Positions 8,590 to 18,493 of a DNA stretch of 64,000 bases are shown here, piece by piece. The translations under genes and the position numbers were made by a program. Source of the stretch: Polaribacter sp. Its GTDB lineage: Bacteria > Bacteroidota > Bacteroidia > Flavobacteriales > Flavobacteriaceae. Every line of letters begins with the position of its first letter. Within the stretch, counting starts at the first letter, position 1. Where the stretch lies: positions 105,698 to 169,697 of the forward strand of contig JAQWGI010000017.1 of assembly GCA_029238315.1 (NCBI GenBank), given 5' to 3'. Under the pieces are notes generated by a model that was not told the origin of the DNA, made no database searches, and was given only the letters and a program-made list of their open reading frames with translations.

Positions 8590-9417
8590 ATGAAATTAAA
8601 TTTAGAAAAACCAATTGTATTTTTTGATTTAGAAACAACAGGTGTAAATATTGGAACAGATAGAATTGTTGAAATAGCAATTTTAAAAGTGTTTCCTAAT
8701 GGCAATAAAGAGCGTAAAACCTGGTTGGTAAATCCGGAAGTTGAAATCCCAAAAGAAGCTTCAGATATTCATGGTATTACAAATGAACAAGTAGTTACTG
8801 AGCCAACATTTAAAGCATTAGCGCCTCAGATTAGTGAGCTAATTGAAGGATGTGATTTGGCCGGTTTTAATTCAAATCGATTTGATATTCCTTTGTTAGC
8901 AGAAGAATTAATGCGAGCGGGTATTGATTTCAATATGAATAACAGAAAAGCCATTGATGTGCAAGTTATCTTTCATAAAAAAGAACAACGAACATTAGGT
9001 GCTGGATATCAATTTTATTGTGGTAAAGAGTTAGAAGGCGCTCATGGAGCAGAAGCAGATACCAACGCAACATATGAAATCTTGTTAGCCCAATTAGAAA
9101 AGTATAGTGATATTGGAACTTCTGTAGCTGATCTAAGCGCGTTTTCTACTCATGGAAAAAGAGCCGATTTTGCTGGTTTTATTTTAATGAATGAAGAAGA
9201 ACAAGAAATTTTTTCCTTCGGAAAATACAAAGGAAGAACGGTGGAAGATGTTTTTAAAGAAAACCCAGGATATAACGCTTGGATGCAAAGTGCTGATTTC
9301 CCATTGTATACAAAAAAAGTTTTGAGAGAAATTAAAGAACGCATGTCTATGCCAAAACAAACAATGACAGATGAAGAAAAGTTGCAAGCTTTACAGCAAA
9401 AATTTAATCTAAAATAA
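8590..9417 (+). CDS. DEDDh 3'-5' exonuclease (DnaQ/Pol III epsilon-like)
   Basis: ExoI FFDLETTG, ExoII GFNSNRFD, ExoIII HGAEAD. Confidence 0.9.
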   Translation: MKLNLEKPIVFFDLETTGVNIGTDRIVEIAILKVFPNGNKERKTWLVNPEVEIPKEASDIHGITNEQVVTEPTFKALAPQISELIEGCDLAGFNSNRFDIPLLAEELMRAGIDFNMNNRKAIDVQVIFHKKEQRTLGAGYQFYCGKELEGAHGAEADTNATYEILLAQLEKYSDIGTSVADLSAFSTHGKRADFAGFILMNEEEQEIFSFGKYKGRTVEDVFKENPGYNAWMQSADFPLYTKKVLREIKERMSMPKQTMTDEEKLQALQQKFNLK

Positions 9418-9476
9418 TTTTTTGATATATAGATGTGTACGATCTAAGCATATTAAATCTAATAAATTAAAAAGTA

Positions 9477-9962
9477 ATGTTTACAGAATATAAGAATTTA
9501 CCAAATAATTCTAGAGTATGGATCTACCAATCAGATCGTGTTTTTACAGAACAAGAAGTTGATTTTATTTCAAAAAAGGCTACAGCTTTTATTGAACAAT
9601 GGACTAGACATGGAGATAATTTAAGGGGTTCTTTTACAATAAGATATAGTCAGTTTTTAGTATTGGCAGTTGATGAAAATTTTAACAATGTTTCTGGATG
9701 TTCTATAGACGCTTCAGTTCGATTTGTAAAAGAGTTAGAGAACGAATTACAAATAGATTTAATGAATAAGTTACATGTTTCTTTTAGAGACGGAGCGAAT
9801 ATTAATATCGTACAATTAGCAGCTTTTCAAGAGTTTGCCAAAGCGCAGAAAGTTACTAAAGAAACGATTGTGTTTAATAATATGGTTCAAACAAAAGAAG
9901 AGTTTGCTACTAATTGGGAAATTCCTGCAGGTAAAAGCTGGCATAATCGTTTTTTAAATTAA
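9477..9962 (+). CDS. Conserved hypothetical protein
   Basis: 161-aa ORF with RVWIYQSDR and SGCSID motifs and no Walker motifs. Confidence 0.75.
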   Translation: MFTEYKNLPNNSRVWIYQSDRVFTEQEVDFISKKATAFIEQWTRHGDNLRGSFTIRYSQFLVLAVDENFNNVSGCSIDASVRFVKELENELQIDLMNKLHVSFRDGANINIVQLAAFQEFAKAQKVTKETIVFNNMVQTKEEFATNWEIPAGKSWHNRFLN

Positions 9963-9966
9963 TGGT

Positions 9967-12882
9967 ATGAGAAAATTAGCAAGTTTACTTTTTATATTTA
10001 GTATTGCGGCAACACATGCTCAAATTAAGGATCCTTTAATAACGAAGGATAAACAAGCACAAGAAAAATGGGTCAATACCATTTTAAATGCAATGACCAC
10101 TGAAGAAAAAATTGGTCAATTATTTATAGTACAAGCCTATTCTACAAACGATACTGTGAATGAAAAAAAAGTAGCAGCATTGATACAAAAATATCATGCT
10201 GGTAATTTAATTTTTATGCAAGGAACTCCCAAGAGACAAGCAGAGTTGACAAATAAATATCAAGCAATGTCTAAATATCCACTGTTAGTTTCTATTGATG
10301 CAGAATGGGGTTTAGATATGCGATTAGAACATACATTTCGGTATCCTTGGAATATGACTTTGGGTGCTGTTAGAGATAATACTTTGATCGAAAAATTTGG
10401 GGAACAATTAGGTAAACATGCAAATCGATTAGGGATTCATATTAATTTCGCACCTGTTGTAGATATTAACACCAACCCTAAAAATCCAATTATAGGAAAT
10501 CGTTCTTTTGGTGAGGATAAAAAGAATGTAACCGAAAAAGCAATTGCTTTAACACGTGGAATGCAGCGTTTTGGAGTCTTGGCAAATGCCAAGCACTTTC
10601 CAGGTCATGGAGATACTGCAGCAGATTCTCATCATACATTACCAGTAGTAGATTTTGATATGCAACGTTTAGATTCTCTAGAATTGTATCCTTATTACAA
10701 ACTGTTTGATGAGAATATTGCCAGTGTAATGACTGCACATTTGAGTATTCCTAAATTAGAACCTAGTAAAGCGTTGCCTTCTTCTTTATCTAAAAAAATC
10801 ACCACAGATTTACTTAAAGAAAAAATGGGGTATAAAGGGCTAATTATTACAGATGGATTAAACATGAAAGGTGCTGCCAATTATGCAACATCCAAAGAAA
10901 TTAATTTAGCAGCCATTTTAGCAGGTAATGATTTGTTATTAATTCCGCATGAAATTCCAGAAACAATGGATTTTTTCTTAAAAGCAATTAAAGATAAAAA
11001 ATTAACGATAACAAGATTAGACGAATCTGTACGTAAAATTTTAAAAGCAAAATATTGGGCAGGTTTGCACAAGTATACACCAATAGATTTAAAAAACTTA
11101 CAGGAAGATTTAAATACAAAAACAGATGTGTTACTGCACAGAGCGTTAGTTAAAAATTCGATTACGGTACTTAAAAACCAGCAAACTATTTTACCTATTC
11201 AGAATTTAGATGCAAAGAAAATTGCGTATGTAAAGTTTGGAAATGATACCAATACCCCATTTGTAACAATGCTTAATAATTATACAAAAGTAGATGTTGT
11301 AACTGGTAATAATACAGCAGACTTACTCTCAAAATTAAAGCCGTATAATCTAGTAATTATTGGATATCACACCTCAAATTTACATCCTTGGAAAGGATAT
11401 AAATTTAAAAAAGAAGCCATTTCACAAATTCAACAAATAGCCAAAAAGAAAAAGGTAATTTTAGATGTTTTTGCAAGTCCATACAGTTTATTAGATTTTG
11501 CTTCTTTTGATGCAATAGAAGGAATCGTAGTTTCGTATCAGAATAGTGAAATTGCTCAAGAAATATCTGCACAACAACTATTTGGAGCGATTCAAGCGAA
11601 TGGAAAATTACCTGTTTCAATTCATAAAAAATTTAAAGAAGGTTTTGGTCTGTTTACGACAACTTTAAGCAGATTGCAATATGGATTGCCAGAAGAAGTA
11701 AAAATGTCTTCAAAAAAACTGTCAGCAATAGATAGTTTTGCAAAAGAGATTGTTAAAAAAAAAATGGCTCCTGGTTTGCAGGTTCTAGTAGCAAGATCAG
11801 GAAACGTTATTTATCAAAAAAGTTTTGGATATCATACAAATGACACACTTTTAAAGGTACAAAATTCAGATGTCTATGACGTTGCTTCTTTAACAAAAAT
11901 ACTAGCAACCCTACCAATGGTTATGAAGTCTATAGATAATGGTCAGCTTCAATTAGCATCATCTTTAAAACAACTACTACCCGAATTTAAAAACACCAAT
12001 AAAGATACATTAACGATAAAAGAGATATTATCACATAACGGAAGGTTAAAAGCATGGATTCCGTTTTATAAATTAACGCAAGATAGTATTACTCATAAGA
12101 ATTTACCATCATTTTATCGGCTCAAAAGCAATAGAAATTACAGTATAAAAGTGGCAGATAACTTGTTTTTGAAAACCTCTTACAGAGATTCTATTTTTTC
12201 GCAAATAAAACAAGTAGCGCAACGAGATAAAGAAGGATATAAGTATAGTGATCTAGGATATTATATTTTAAAAAAAACTTTAGAAAAACAATACAATAAG
12301 CCCTTAAATGATTTAATTGAAGATAACTTTTATGCCGCATTGGGTGCAAATAGAACGAGTTACTTGCCTCTTAACAAATTTCAAAAAAATGACATAGTTC
12401 CAACAGAAAAAGACACTTATTTTAGAAATCAATTACTACAAGGTTATGTACATGATATGGGGGCTGCTATGTTAGGAGGGGTTGGCGGTCATGCCGGAGT
12501 TTTTTCAAACGCAAATGATGTTGCAAAAATTATGCAAATGTATTTGCAAAACGGTTATTATGGGGGTAAAAGATTCTTAAAAAGTACCACCGTTAAAAAG
12601 TTTAATCAACGGTATTACGAAGACCAAAACATAAGAAGAGGATTAGGGTTTGATAAGCCACAATTAGATCCGGAAATTGAGGCAACTTGTGGTTGTGTTT
12701 CTGACGAAAGTTTCGGTCATAGTGGATTTACAGGAACTTATACTTGGGCGGATCCTAAAAGTAAAATAGTGTATGTTTTTTTGTCTAACCGCGTTTATCC
12801 AACCATGGAAAATAATAGCTTAATTACTGAGAATATAAGAACTAGAATTCAACAAGTAATTCAAGATGCTATTCTTCCGTAA
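9967..12882 (+). CDS. GH3 beta-N-acetylglucosaminidase (NagZ-type) fused to a beta-lactamase-like serine hydrolase
   Basis: Signal peptide, GH3 KHFPGHGD and ITDGL motifs, then SxxK (ASLTK), YSD, and GHSGFTG. Confidence 0.9.
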   Translation: MRKLASLLFIFSIAATHAQIKDPLITKDKQAQEKWVNTILNAMTTEEKIGQLFIVQAYSTNDTVNEKKVAALIQKYHAGNLIFMQGTPKRQAELTNKYQAMSKYPLLVSIDAEWGLDMRLEHTFRYPWNMTLGAVRDNTLIEKFGEQLGKHANRLGIHINFAPVVDINTNPKNPIIGNRSFGEDKKNVTEKAIALTRGMQRFGVLANAKHFPGHGDTAADSHHTLPVVDFDMQRLDSLELYPYYKLFDENIASVMTAHLSIPKLEPSKALPSSLSKKITTDLLKEKMGYKGLIITDGLNMKGAANYATSKEINLAAILAGNDLLLIPHEIPETMDFFLKAIKDKKLTITRLDESVRKILKAKYWAGLHKYTPIDLKNLQEDLNTKTDVLLHRALVKNSITVLKNQQTILPIQNLDAKKIAYVKFGNDTNTPFVTMLNNYTKVDVVTGNNTADLLSKLKPYNLVIIGYHTSNLHPWKGYKFKKEAISQIQQIAKKKKVILDVFASPYSLLDFASFDAIEGIVVSYQNSEIAQEISAQQLFGAIQANGKLPVSIHKKFKEGFGLFTTTLSRLQYGLPEEVKMSSKKLSAIDSFAKEIVKKKMAPGLQVLVARSGNVIYQKSFGYHTNDTLLKVQNSDVYDVASLTKILATLPMVMKSIDNGQLQLASSLKQLLPEFKNTNKDTLTIKEILSHNGRLKAWIPFYKLTQDSITHKNLPSFYRLKSNRNYSIKVADNLFLKTSYRDSIFSQIKQVAQRDKEGYKYSDLGYYILKKTLEKQYNKPLNDLIEDNFYAALGANRTSYLPLNKFQKNDIVPTEKDTYFRNQLLQGYVHDMGAAMLGGVGGHAGVFSNANDVAKIMQMYLQNGYYGGKRFLKSTTVKKFNQRYYEDQNIRRGLGFDKPQLDPEIEATCGCVSDESFGHSGFTGTYTWADPKSKIVYVFLSNRVYPTMENNSLITENIRTRIQQVIQDAILP

Positions 12883-13915
12883 TCGATGTTGTAGAGAATT
12901 TTGTGTACATTAATTGGACTATTAACGTGGTTAATAAGTAAAGTACTGCGGTTTTAAAGTTGTAAAAATTGTACAAAATGAAAGCCTGAATTAAATAAAA
13001 AACAGGAAAAAGTGTAATCCCAATTGCAACTCTAAAGGTATCAACAAACTCCCTTTCATCAATTTTTTTAGCTGCTATTTTCCAAAGTATCCAGGGAAAA
13101 ATACTATTAATAATAAGGATGTAATAAAGTGGTTTTACAACATTTATGCGAACTCTTTTGGTGGTCCTTTTGTTTGTTTTAATAATGCGATTTGCCTCAC
13201 AAACATCTGTGAAATCAATGTTTTTTAAGTTGAGTGTTTTTAAAGTAGTTTGATAGTTATCATCTGCAGGTATGTGAACAGACAAATCTTTTAATTGACT
13301 AGAGACCGCTTCTTTTATAGTTTGAATTGAACTGTTTAGTTCATCTTTATTATAAAGTGTATTTGCCAAGATTGGTTTTCCAAAATGTATTGCAACCTCA
13401 GAAGGGAAGCTACTCACACTTTGATAGGTAATTCCTACTGGGATTATAGTGATTTTTAGATCAGGATATTTTTCAAACGCACCAAATATAATTCTGGTAA
13501 ATCCTTTACTCAAATTTCTAACAGTTCTTCTTTGATCATGACTTCCTTCAGGGAAAATCATAAGAGCCTCTCCTTTTTTTAAAATTTTAAAACAGTCATT
13601 AAATACCTCTGTATTTTTAGAAAGTTCTTTAACACCATCTCTAATTCTATAAATAGGCATAAGATTCAAAGTAGCTAAAAACTTTTTAACAAGCGGTTTT
13701 TTAAATACAGCAGCTCTGACTAAATAATGCGTGTTTCTTGTTGCTGTGGTTGTTACTAAAAGAGGGTCTAATAATCCGTTAGGATGATTTACGGCAAAAA
13801 GTACAGCTCCTTTTTTAGGAATATTCTTTTTGCCAACAACTTTTATTTTTTTTGTGTAAAAAAACAATCCAAGTTTAATGTAACTTCTAATAAAGTTGTA
13901 CCAAATATTTTTCAA
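12869..13915 (-). CDS. Lysophospholipid/glycerol acyltransferase (PlsC-like)
   Basis: HxxxxD (NHPNGLLD), FPEG, and C-terminal TM helices. Confidence 0.88.
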   Translation of the reverse strand: MKNIWYNFIRSYIKLGLFFYTKKIKVVGKKNIPKKGAVLFAVNHPNGLLDPLLVTTTATRNTHYLVRAAVFKKPLVKKFLATLNLMPIYRIRDGVKELSKNTEVFNDCFKILKKGEALMIFPEGSHDQRRTVRNLSKGFTRIIFGAFEKYPDLKITIIPVGITYQSVSSFPSEVAIHFGKPILANTLYNKDELNSSIQTIKEAVSSQLKDLSVHIPADDNYQTTLKTLNLKNIDFTDVCEANRIIKTNKRTTKRVRINVVKPLYYILIINSIFPWILWKIAAKKIDEREFVDTFRVAIGITLFPVFYLIQAFILYNFYNFKTAVLYLLTTLIVQLMYTKFSTTSITEE

Positions 13916-13927
13916 AAAAGAAAAGAT

Positions 13928-14614
13928 TTAAAATCCTTGTGCTATTTTTTTTAGCTTTGGAGTATTAATAATAGTAATGTTTTTGCCTTTTAGAGAAATA
14001 ATTTTTTCTTTTTTAAACTCTGAAAGTAAGCGAATTGCAGATTCTGTTGCTGTACCAATAATATTTGCAATATCTTCTCTAGATAAATGAATGTTGAGTA
14101 CATTGTCTGTATCATGGCCAAATTTTGTGTCAAGATTAATAAGCATTTCAGCCAACCGTTGTTTTACTGTTTTTTGGGCCATATCTACTAAAACATTATC
14201 TGCTTTCTTTAAAGAATCTGCAAGGTCTTTTAAGATATTCATCGAAAAATTAGGGTTTTTAGATAAATCACTCACAATTTCTTCTCTGGGAATAAAACAG
14301 ACTTCCATATCATTAATTGCCGTAGCTTTTAGATTTGCAGCTTCATCATTAATTAAACTTCGTTCCCCTAAAATATCTCCTTTTTTTACCAAATAGATAA
14401 TTTGATCTCTACCGTTGGAACTCATTTTAGAAACTTTACAAACACCATCACTGATACAAAAAAGACCATTAATGTGATCTCCTTCGTCAAATATTACCTC
14501 TCCTTTTTTTATCGTTCTAGAAGTTTTACAAGAAGAAACTCTAATTAATTCGTCTTTGGTTAGCGATTTTAATGAATTTAATTGCCTTACGATACATTGC
14601 TCACATTTACTCAT
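13928..14614 (-). CDS. Crp/Fnr-family regulator with an N-terminal Cys cluster (FNR-like)
   Basis: MSKCEQC...C N-terminus, cNMP-binding fold, HTH LSREDIANIIGTATESAIR. Divergent from the cco cluster. Confidence 0.9.
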   Translation of the reverse strand: MSKCEQCIVRQLNSLKSLTKDELIRVSSCKTSRTIKKGEVIFDEGDHINGLFCISDGVCKVSKMSSNGRDQIIYLVKKGDILGERSLINDEAANLKATAINDMEVCFIPREEIVSDLSKNPNFSMNILKDLADSLKKADNVLVDMAQKTVKQRLAEMLINLDTKFGHDTDNVLNIHLSREDIANIIGTATESAIRLLSEFKKEKIISLKGKNITIINTPKLKKIAQGF

Positions 14615-14643
14615 TCATGGGGTTGTATAAAATAATCTTAATT

Positions 14644-14651
14644 CAAATATA
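14644..14651 (-). promoter_or_regulatory. -7 element of the Crp/Fnr gene
   Basis: TATATTTG on the minus strand, 29 nt before the ATG. Confidence 0.55.
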
Positions 14652-14659
14652 TATAAAAA

Positions 14660-14703
14660 CTGACAATTATCATATAATAAACTAAAGTAATCTTAGACAT
14701 TTG
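14660..14703 (+). promoter_or_regulatory. FNR-like box plus -7 element of ccoI-hemN
   Basis: CTGACAATTATCAT at 14660-14673 (TGA-N6-TCA), then GACATTTG at 14696-14703. Confidence 0.6.
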
Positions 14704-14727
14704 TACCAGGCATTTAGAGTAAATAAT

Positions 14728-17106
14728 ATGAGCAATTTAGTATGTTATCATTGTGGTAATAGCTGCGATGATAATTTAATTACCAAAGACAAAAAAACTT
14801 TTTGTTGTAACGGTTGTAAGACTGTTTACGAAATTTTTTCTGAGAATGATTTAACCTGTTATTATGATTTAGATCAAAATCCAGGAGCAATTCCTGAAGA
14901 TATTTTAGGCAAATATGATTTCTTAGACAATCAAAATATTACAGACAAACTTCTAGAGTTTAACGACAATAATAAGCAAGTTGTGTCTTTGTTTATTCCT
15001 CACATTCATTGTAGTTCTTGTATTTGGGTGTTAGAAAATTTACATAAGCTACAAGAAAATATCGTTGCTTCTCAGGTTAACTTTCCTAAAAAAACGATTA
15101 GAATTACCTATAACGCTGCACAAACTAGCTTAAAAGAGGTTGTATTGCTTTTAAGTGCTATTGGTTACGAACCTTATATTAGTTTGGAAGATTATGAAGT
15201 AGGAAAAAAGAGTATTGATAGAACTTTATTGTATCAATTGGCAGTGGCCGGATTTGCTTTTGGTAATGTAATGTTTTTATCATTCCCAGAGTATTTTGAA
15301 GTGAATGAGTTTTGGTTAGAGCAATACAAACATGTTTTTAGATGGTTGATGTTATTCTTTTCGATTCCTGTTGTATTTTATGCTGCAAAAGATTATTTTA
15401 TATCAGCTTATAAAGGAGTAACATCTAAAATATTAAATATCGATGTCCCTATTGCACTTGGAGTAGTGGTGTTATTTGTTAGGAGTGTAACAGATGTAAT
15501 TTTAGATTTAGGTTCTGGATTTTTCGATAGCTTAACAGGCTTGGTTTTTTTCTTGTTAATTGGTAAGTTTTTTCAACAAAAAACATATAGTTTTCTGTCT
15601 TTTGAGCGAGATTTTAAATCTTATTTCCCTATTGCAGTTACAAAAATTAACGTTGATTTATCTGAAGAAAACACTCAGATTTACGAGATAAAAAAAGGAG
15701 ATCGCTTATTAATTAGAAATCAAGAATTGATTCCAGTTGACGGAATTTTAATAAAAGGTAATGCCACCATAGATTACAGTTTTGTTACAGGAGAATCTAT
15801 TGCTGTAGAAAAGAAATCTGGTGATAAAGTTTTTGCAGGAGGTAAACAGTTAAACGGAATTATAGAGATGGAGGTTGTAAAATCTGTTTCGCAAAGTTAT
15901 TTAACACAACTTTGGAGTAACGATGTTTTTAACAAAGAAAGCACCTCAAAGTTCAAATCATTAACCGATACCATAAGTAAACGATTTACCATATTTGTTT
16001 TGTCAATTGCTACAATAGCCACTATTTTTTGGTTGTTTATCGATCCCAGCATTGCATTACATGTTTTTACAGCGGTACTCATAATAGCGTGTCCTTGTGC
16101 TATTGCTTTAGCAGCACCATTTACCTTAGGTAATTTACTACGCATTTTAGGTAAGAAAAAATTCTATCTTAAAAATGCTTCAATTATTGAAAAAATGGCA
16201 AAGATAGATACTGTTATTTTTGATAAAACAGGCACATTAACATCTACTCAAAAGAGTGAAATCTGTTATGTAGGAAAACCATTTTCAGAGGAAGAAAAGC
16301 ATTTGTTGCAGAATGTTATTCGTATTTCAAATCATCCATTAAGCAGAATGCTTTATAATTCTTTTGATGATGTAAATCAGCAGCAGTTAGAAAGTGTAAA
16401 AGAAATTATTGGAAAAGGAATTGAAGCTACACATAATATGCTTACAATACGAGTGGGTTCATTCTCATTTGTAGATGCTGACATGGATAAGAATCAATTT
16501 GAAACTGCAATTCATGTTCGTTTTAACGGTGAATATTATGGAAAATATGTGTTTAAAAACTCTTATCGAAAACACATGGAACAATTATTTCAAACCCTGG
16601 AACATTCCTTTAGTTTGTCTATTTTATCTGGTGATAATGAAGGCGAAAAGGTGTTTTTAGAAAAAAAACTACCTAAAAAAGTACAGTTTTTATTCAATCA
16701 AAAGCCAGAAGATAAATTAACATACATTCAATCATTACAAGAAAAAGGAAATAAAGTTTTAATGATTGGTGATGGTTTAAATGATGCAGGAGCCTTGATG
16801 CAAAGTGATGTTGGAATCTCATTATCAGAAAATATCAATGTGTTTTCGCCAGCTTGTGACGCCATCTTAGATGCTAGCAATTTTAAAAATATCAAAACCT
16901 ACTTAACATTGTCTAAACAAGCAACTAAAATTATAAAATACAGTTTTGCGTTGTCTTTGTGTTACAATATAATCGGTTTGTATTTTGCAGTAACAGGTCA
17001 GTTAGAGCCTGTAATTGCAGCTATTTTAATGCCGTTGAGCTCAATTACTATTGTAGTATTTACAACGGTAATGACCAATATTTTAGGAAGAAAATTAAAA
17101 GATTAA
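14728..17106 (+). CDS. ccoI: P1B-type heavy-metal ATPase for cbb3 oxidase assembly (CcoI/FixI)
   Basis: N-terminal CxxC/CCxGC, HMA HCSSC, TGES, CPC, DKTGT, GDGLND. ATG 14728 is preferred because the track's TTG at 14701 lies inside the -7 element. Confidence 0.9.
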   Translation: MSNLVCYHCGNSCDDNLITKDKKTFCCNGCKTVYEIFSENDLTCYYDLDQNPGAIPEDILGKYDFLDNQNITDKLLEFNDNNKQVVSLFIPHIHCSSCIWVLENLHKLQENIVASQVNFPKKTIRITYNAAQTSLKEVVLLLSAIGYEPYISLEDYEVGKKSIDRTLLYQLAVAGFAFGNVMFLSFPEYFEVNEFWLEQYKHVFRWLMLFFSIPVVFYAAKDYFISAYKGVTSKILNIDVPIALGVVVLFVRSVTDVILDLGSGFFDSLTGLVFFLLIGKFFQQKTYSFLSFERDFKSYFPIAVTKINVDLSEENTQIYEIKKGDRLLIRNQELIPVDGILIKGNATIDYSFVTGESIAVEKKSGDKVFAGGKQLNGIIEMEVVKSVSQSYLTQLWSNDVFNKESTSKFKSLTDTISKRFTIFVLSIATIATIFWLFIDPSIALHVFTAVLIIACPCAIALAAPFTLGNLLRILGKKKFYLKNASIIEKMAKIDTVIFDKTGTLTSTQKSEICYVGKPFSEEEKHLLQNVIRISNHPLSRMLYNSFDDVNQQQLESVKEIIGKGIEATHNMLTIRVGSFSFVDADMDKNQFETAIHVRFNGEYYGKYVFKNSYRKHMEQLFQTLEHSFSLSILSGDNEGEKVFLEKKLPKKVQFLFNQKPEDKLTYIQSLQEKGNKVLMIGDGLNDAGALMQSDVGISLSENINVFSPACDAILDASNFKNIKTYLTLSKQATKIIKYSFALSLCYNIIGLYFAVTGQLEPVIAAILMPLSSITIVVFTTVMTNILGRKLKD

Positions 17107-17109
17107 ATA

Positions 17110-18471
17110 ATGAATTCACTCATACAAAAATACAACATCCCGGGTCCAAGATACACAAGTTATCCAACAGTTCCGTATTGGAATAAAGAAGGAGTAACTC
17201 TAGAGAATTGGACTTCAAGCTTTCAGAAGTCATTTAAAGAAACCAATAGCTCAGAAGGTATTAGTCTCTACATTCACTTACCTTTTTGTGAGAGTTTGTG
17301 TACGTTTTGTGCTTGTCATAAACACATTACAAAACGCCACGAAGTAGAAGAGGATTATATAGTTACCGTTTTAAAAGAGTGGAAATTATATGTTAATCTG
17401 CTGCCTGAAAAGCCAATTATTAAAGAAATTCATTTAGGAGGAGGAACTCCTACTTTTTTTGCAAGTACTCAACTTAAAAAACTGATTGATGGATTGTTTG
17501 TGTATGCAGCTAAACATAAGGCATATGAATTTAGTTTAGAAGGTCATCCTAATAACACAACCAAAGAACAACTTCAGGTTTTATTTGATTTAGGATTTAC
17601 TAGAATTAGTTTTGGTGTACAAGACTATGATCCAATTGTGCAAAAAGCAATACATAGAGTTCAGCCTTTTAAAAATGTAGAAAATGTAACCAACTGGTCT
17701 AGAGAAATTGGTTTTACATCTGTAAGCCATGATTTAATTTTTGGATTGCCATTTCAAACAAAAGAAAATATTATTGAAACCATTAATAAAACGAAGCAGT
17801 TACAGCCAGATCGAATCTCATTTTATAGTTATGCTCATGTTCCTTGGGTAAAAGGTGTTGGTCAAAGAGGTTTTAATGATGAAGATCTTCCTAAAGATGA
17901 TGAAAAAAGAGCTTTGTATGAAGTTGGAAAAAAGCTATTTGCAGAATTGGGATATATAGAAATAGGAATGGATCATTTTGCATTGCAAACAGATTCGCTT
18001 TTTAAAGCCACTCAAGAAAAAACATTGCATAGAAATTTTATGGGATATACCGCTAATAAAACGCAATTAATGATTGGTCTTGGAATGTCTGCAATTTCAG
18101 ATTCTTGGTATGCTTTTGCTCAAAATGTTAAAACCGTAAAAGAATATCAAAAGATAGTAAATGAAGGGGAATTACCCATTTTTAGAGGGCACTTATTATC
18201 TGAAGAAGATTTAATTGTACGTAAACACATTCTAAATTTAATGTGTCATTTTAAAACAACATGGAATGAAGTTGATAAAAAGAGCATCGATCTTCAAAAG
18301 CAGACAGCTTTGTTAACCGAAATGGAAAATGATAACTTGGTTGAAATTAAAGAAAATTCAATCCATATTCCAGAGCATGCAAGACCTTATGTGCGTAATA
18401 TTTGTATGGCTTTTGACATGCACTTGCAAAAAAATAAGCCAGAAACAGCATTGTTTTCAATGACAGTATAA
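17110..18471 (+). CDS. hemN: Oxygen-independent coproporphyrinogen III oxidase
   Basis: GPRYTSYP, radical-SAM CESLCTFC, GGGTP, GMDHFA, RNFMGY. Confidence 0.95.
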   Translation: MNSLIQKYNIPGPRYTSYPTVPYWNKEGVTLENWTSSFQKSFKETNSSEGISLYIHLPFCESLCTFCACHKHITKRHEVEEDYIVTVLKEWKLYVNLLPEKPIIKEIHLGGGTPTFFASTQLKKLIDGLFVYAAKHKAYEFSLEGHPNNTTKEQLQVLFDLGFTRISFGVQDYDPIVQKAIHRVQPFKNVENVTNWSREIGFTSVSHDLIFGLPFQTKENIIETINKTKQLQPDRISFYSYAHVPWVKGVGQRGFNDEDLPKDDEKRALYEVGKKLFAELGYIEIGMDHFALQTDSLFKATQEKTLHRNFMGYTANKTQLMIGLGMSAISDSWYAFAQNVKTVKEYQKIVNEGELPIFRGHLLSEEDLIVRKHILNLMCHFKTTWNEVDKKSIDLQKQTALLTEMENDNLVEIKENSIHIPEHARPYVRNICMAFDMHLQKNKPETALFSMTV

Positions 18472-18493
18472 ATTATAAAAAAAAGAACTAAAC

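Noticed and set aside
11700-12882. Beta-lactamase antibiotic-resistance gene
   Set aside because: The SxxK domain is the C-terminal part of a GH3 fusion and fits an AmiE/esterase-like hydrolase better.
14701-14727. Longer N-termini given by the track for ccoI (14701), wecB (34482), wbqC (38004) and E1 (48824)
   Set aside because: These starts fall inside -7 promoter elements or upstream genes. The downstream ATGs match the expected protein starts.
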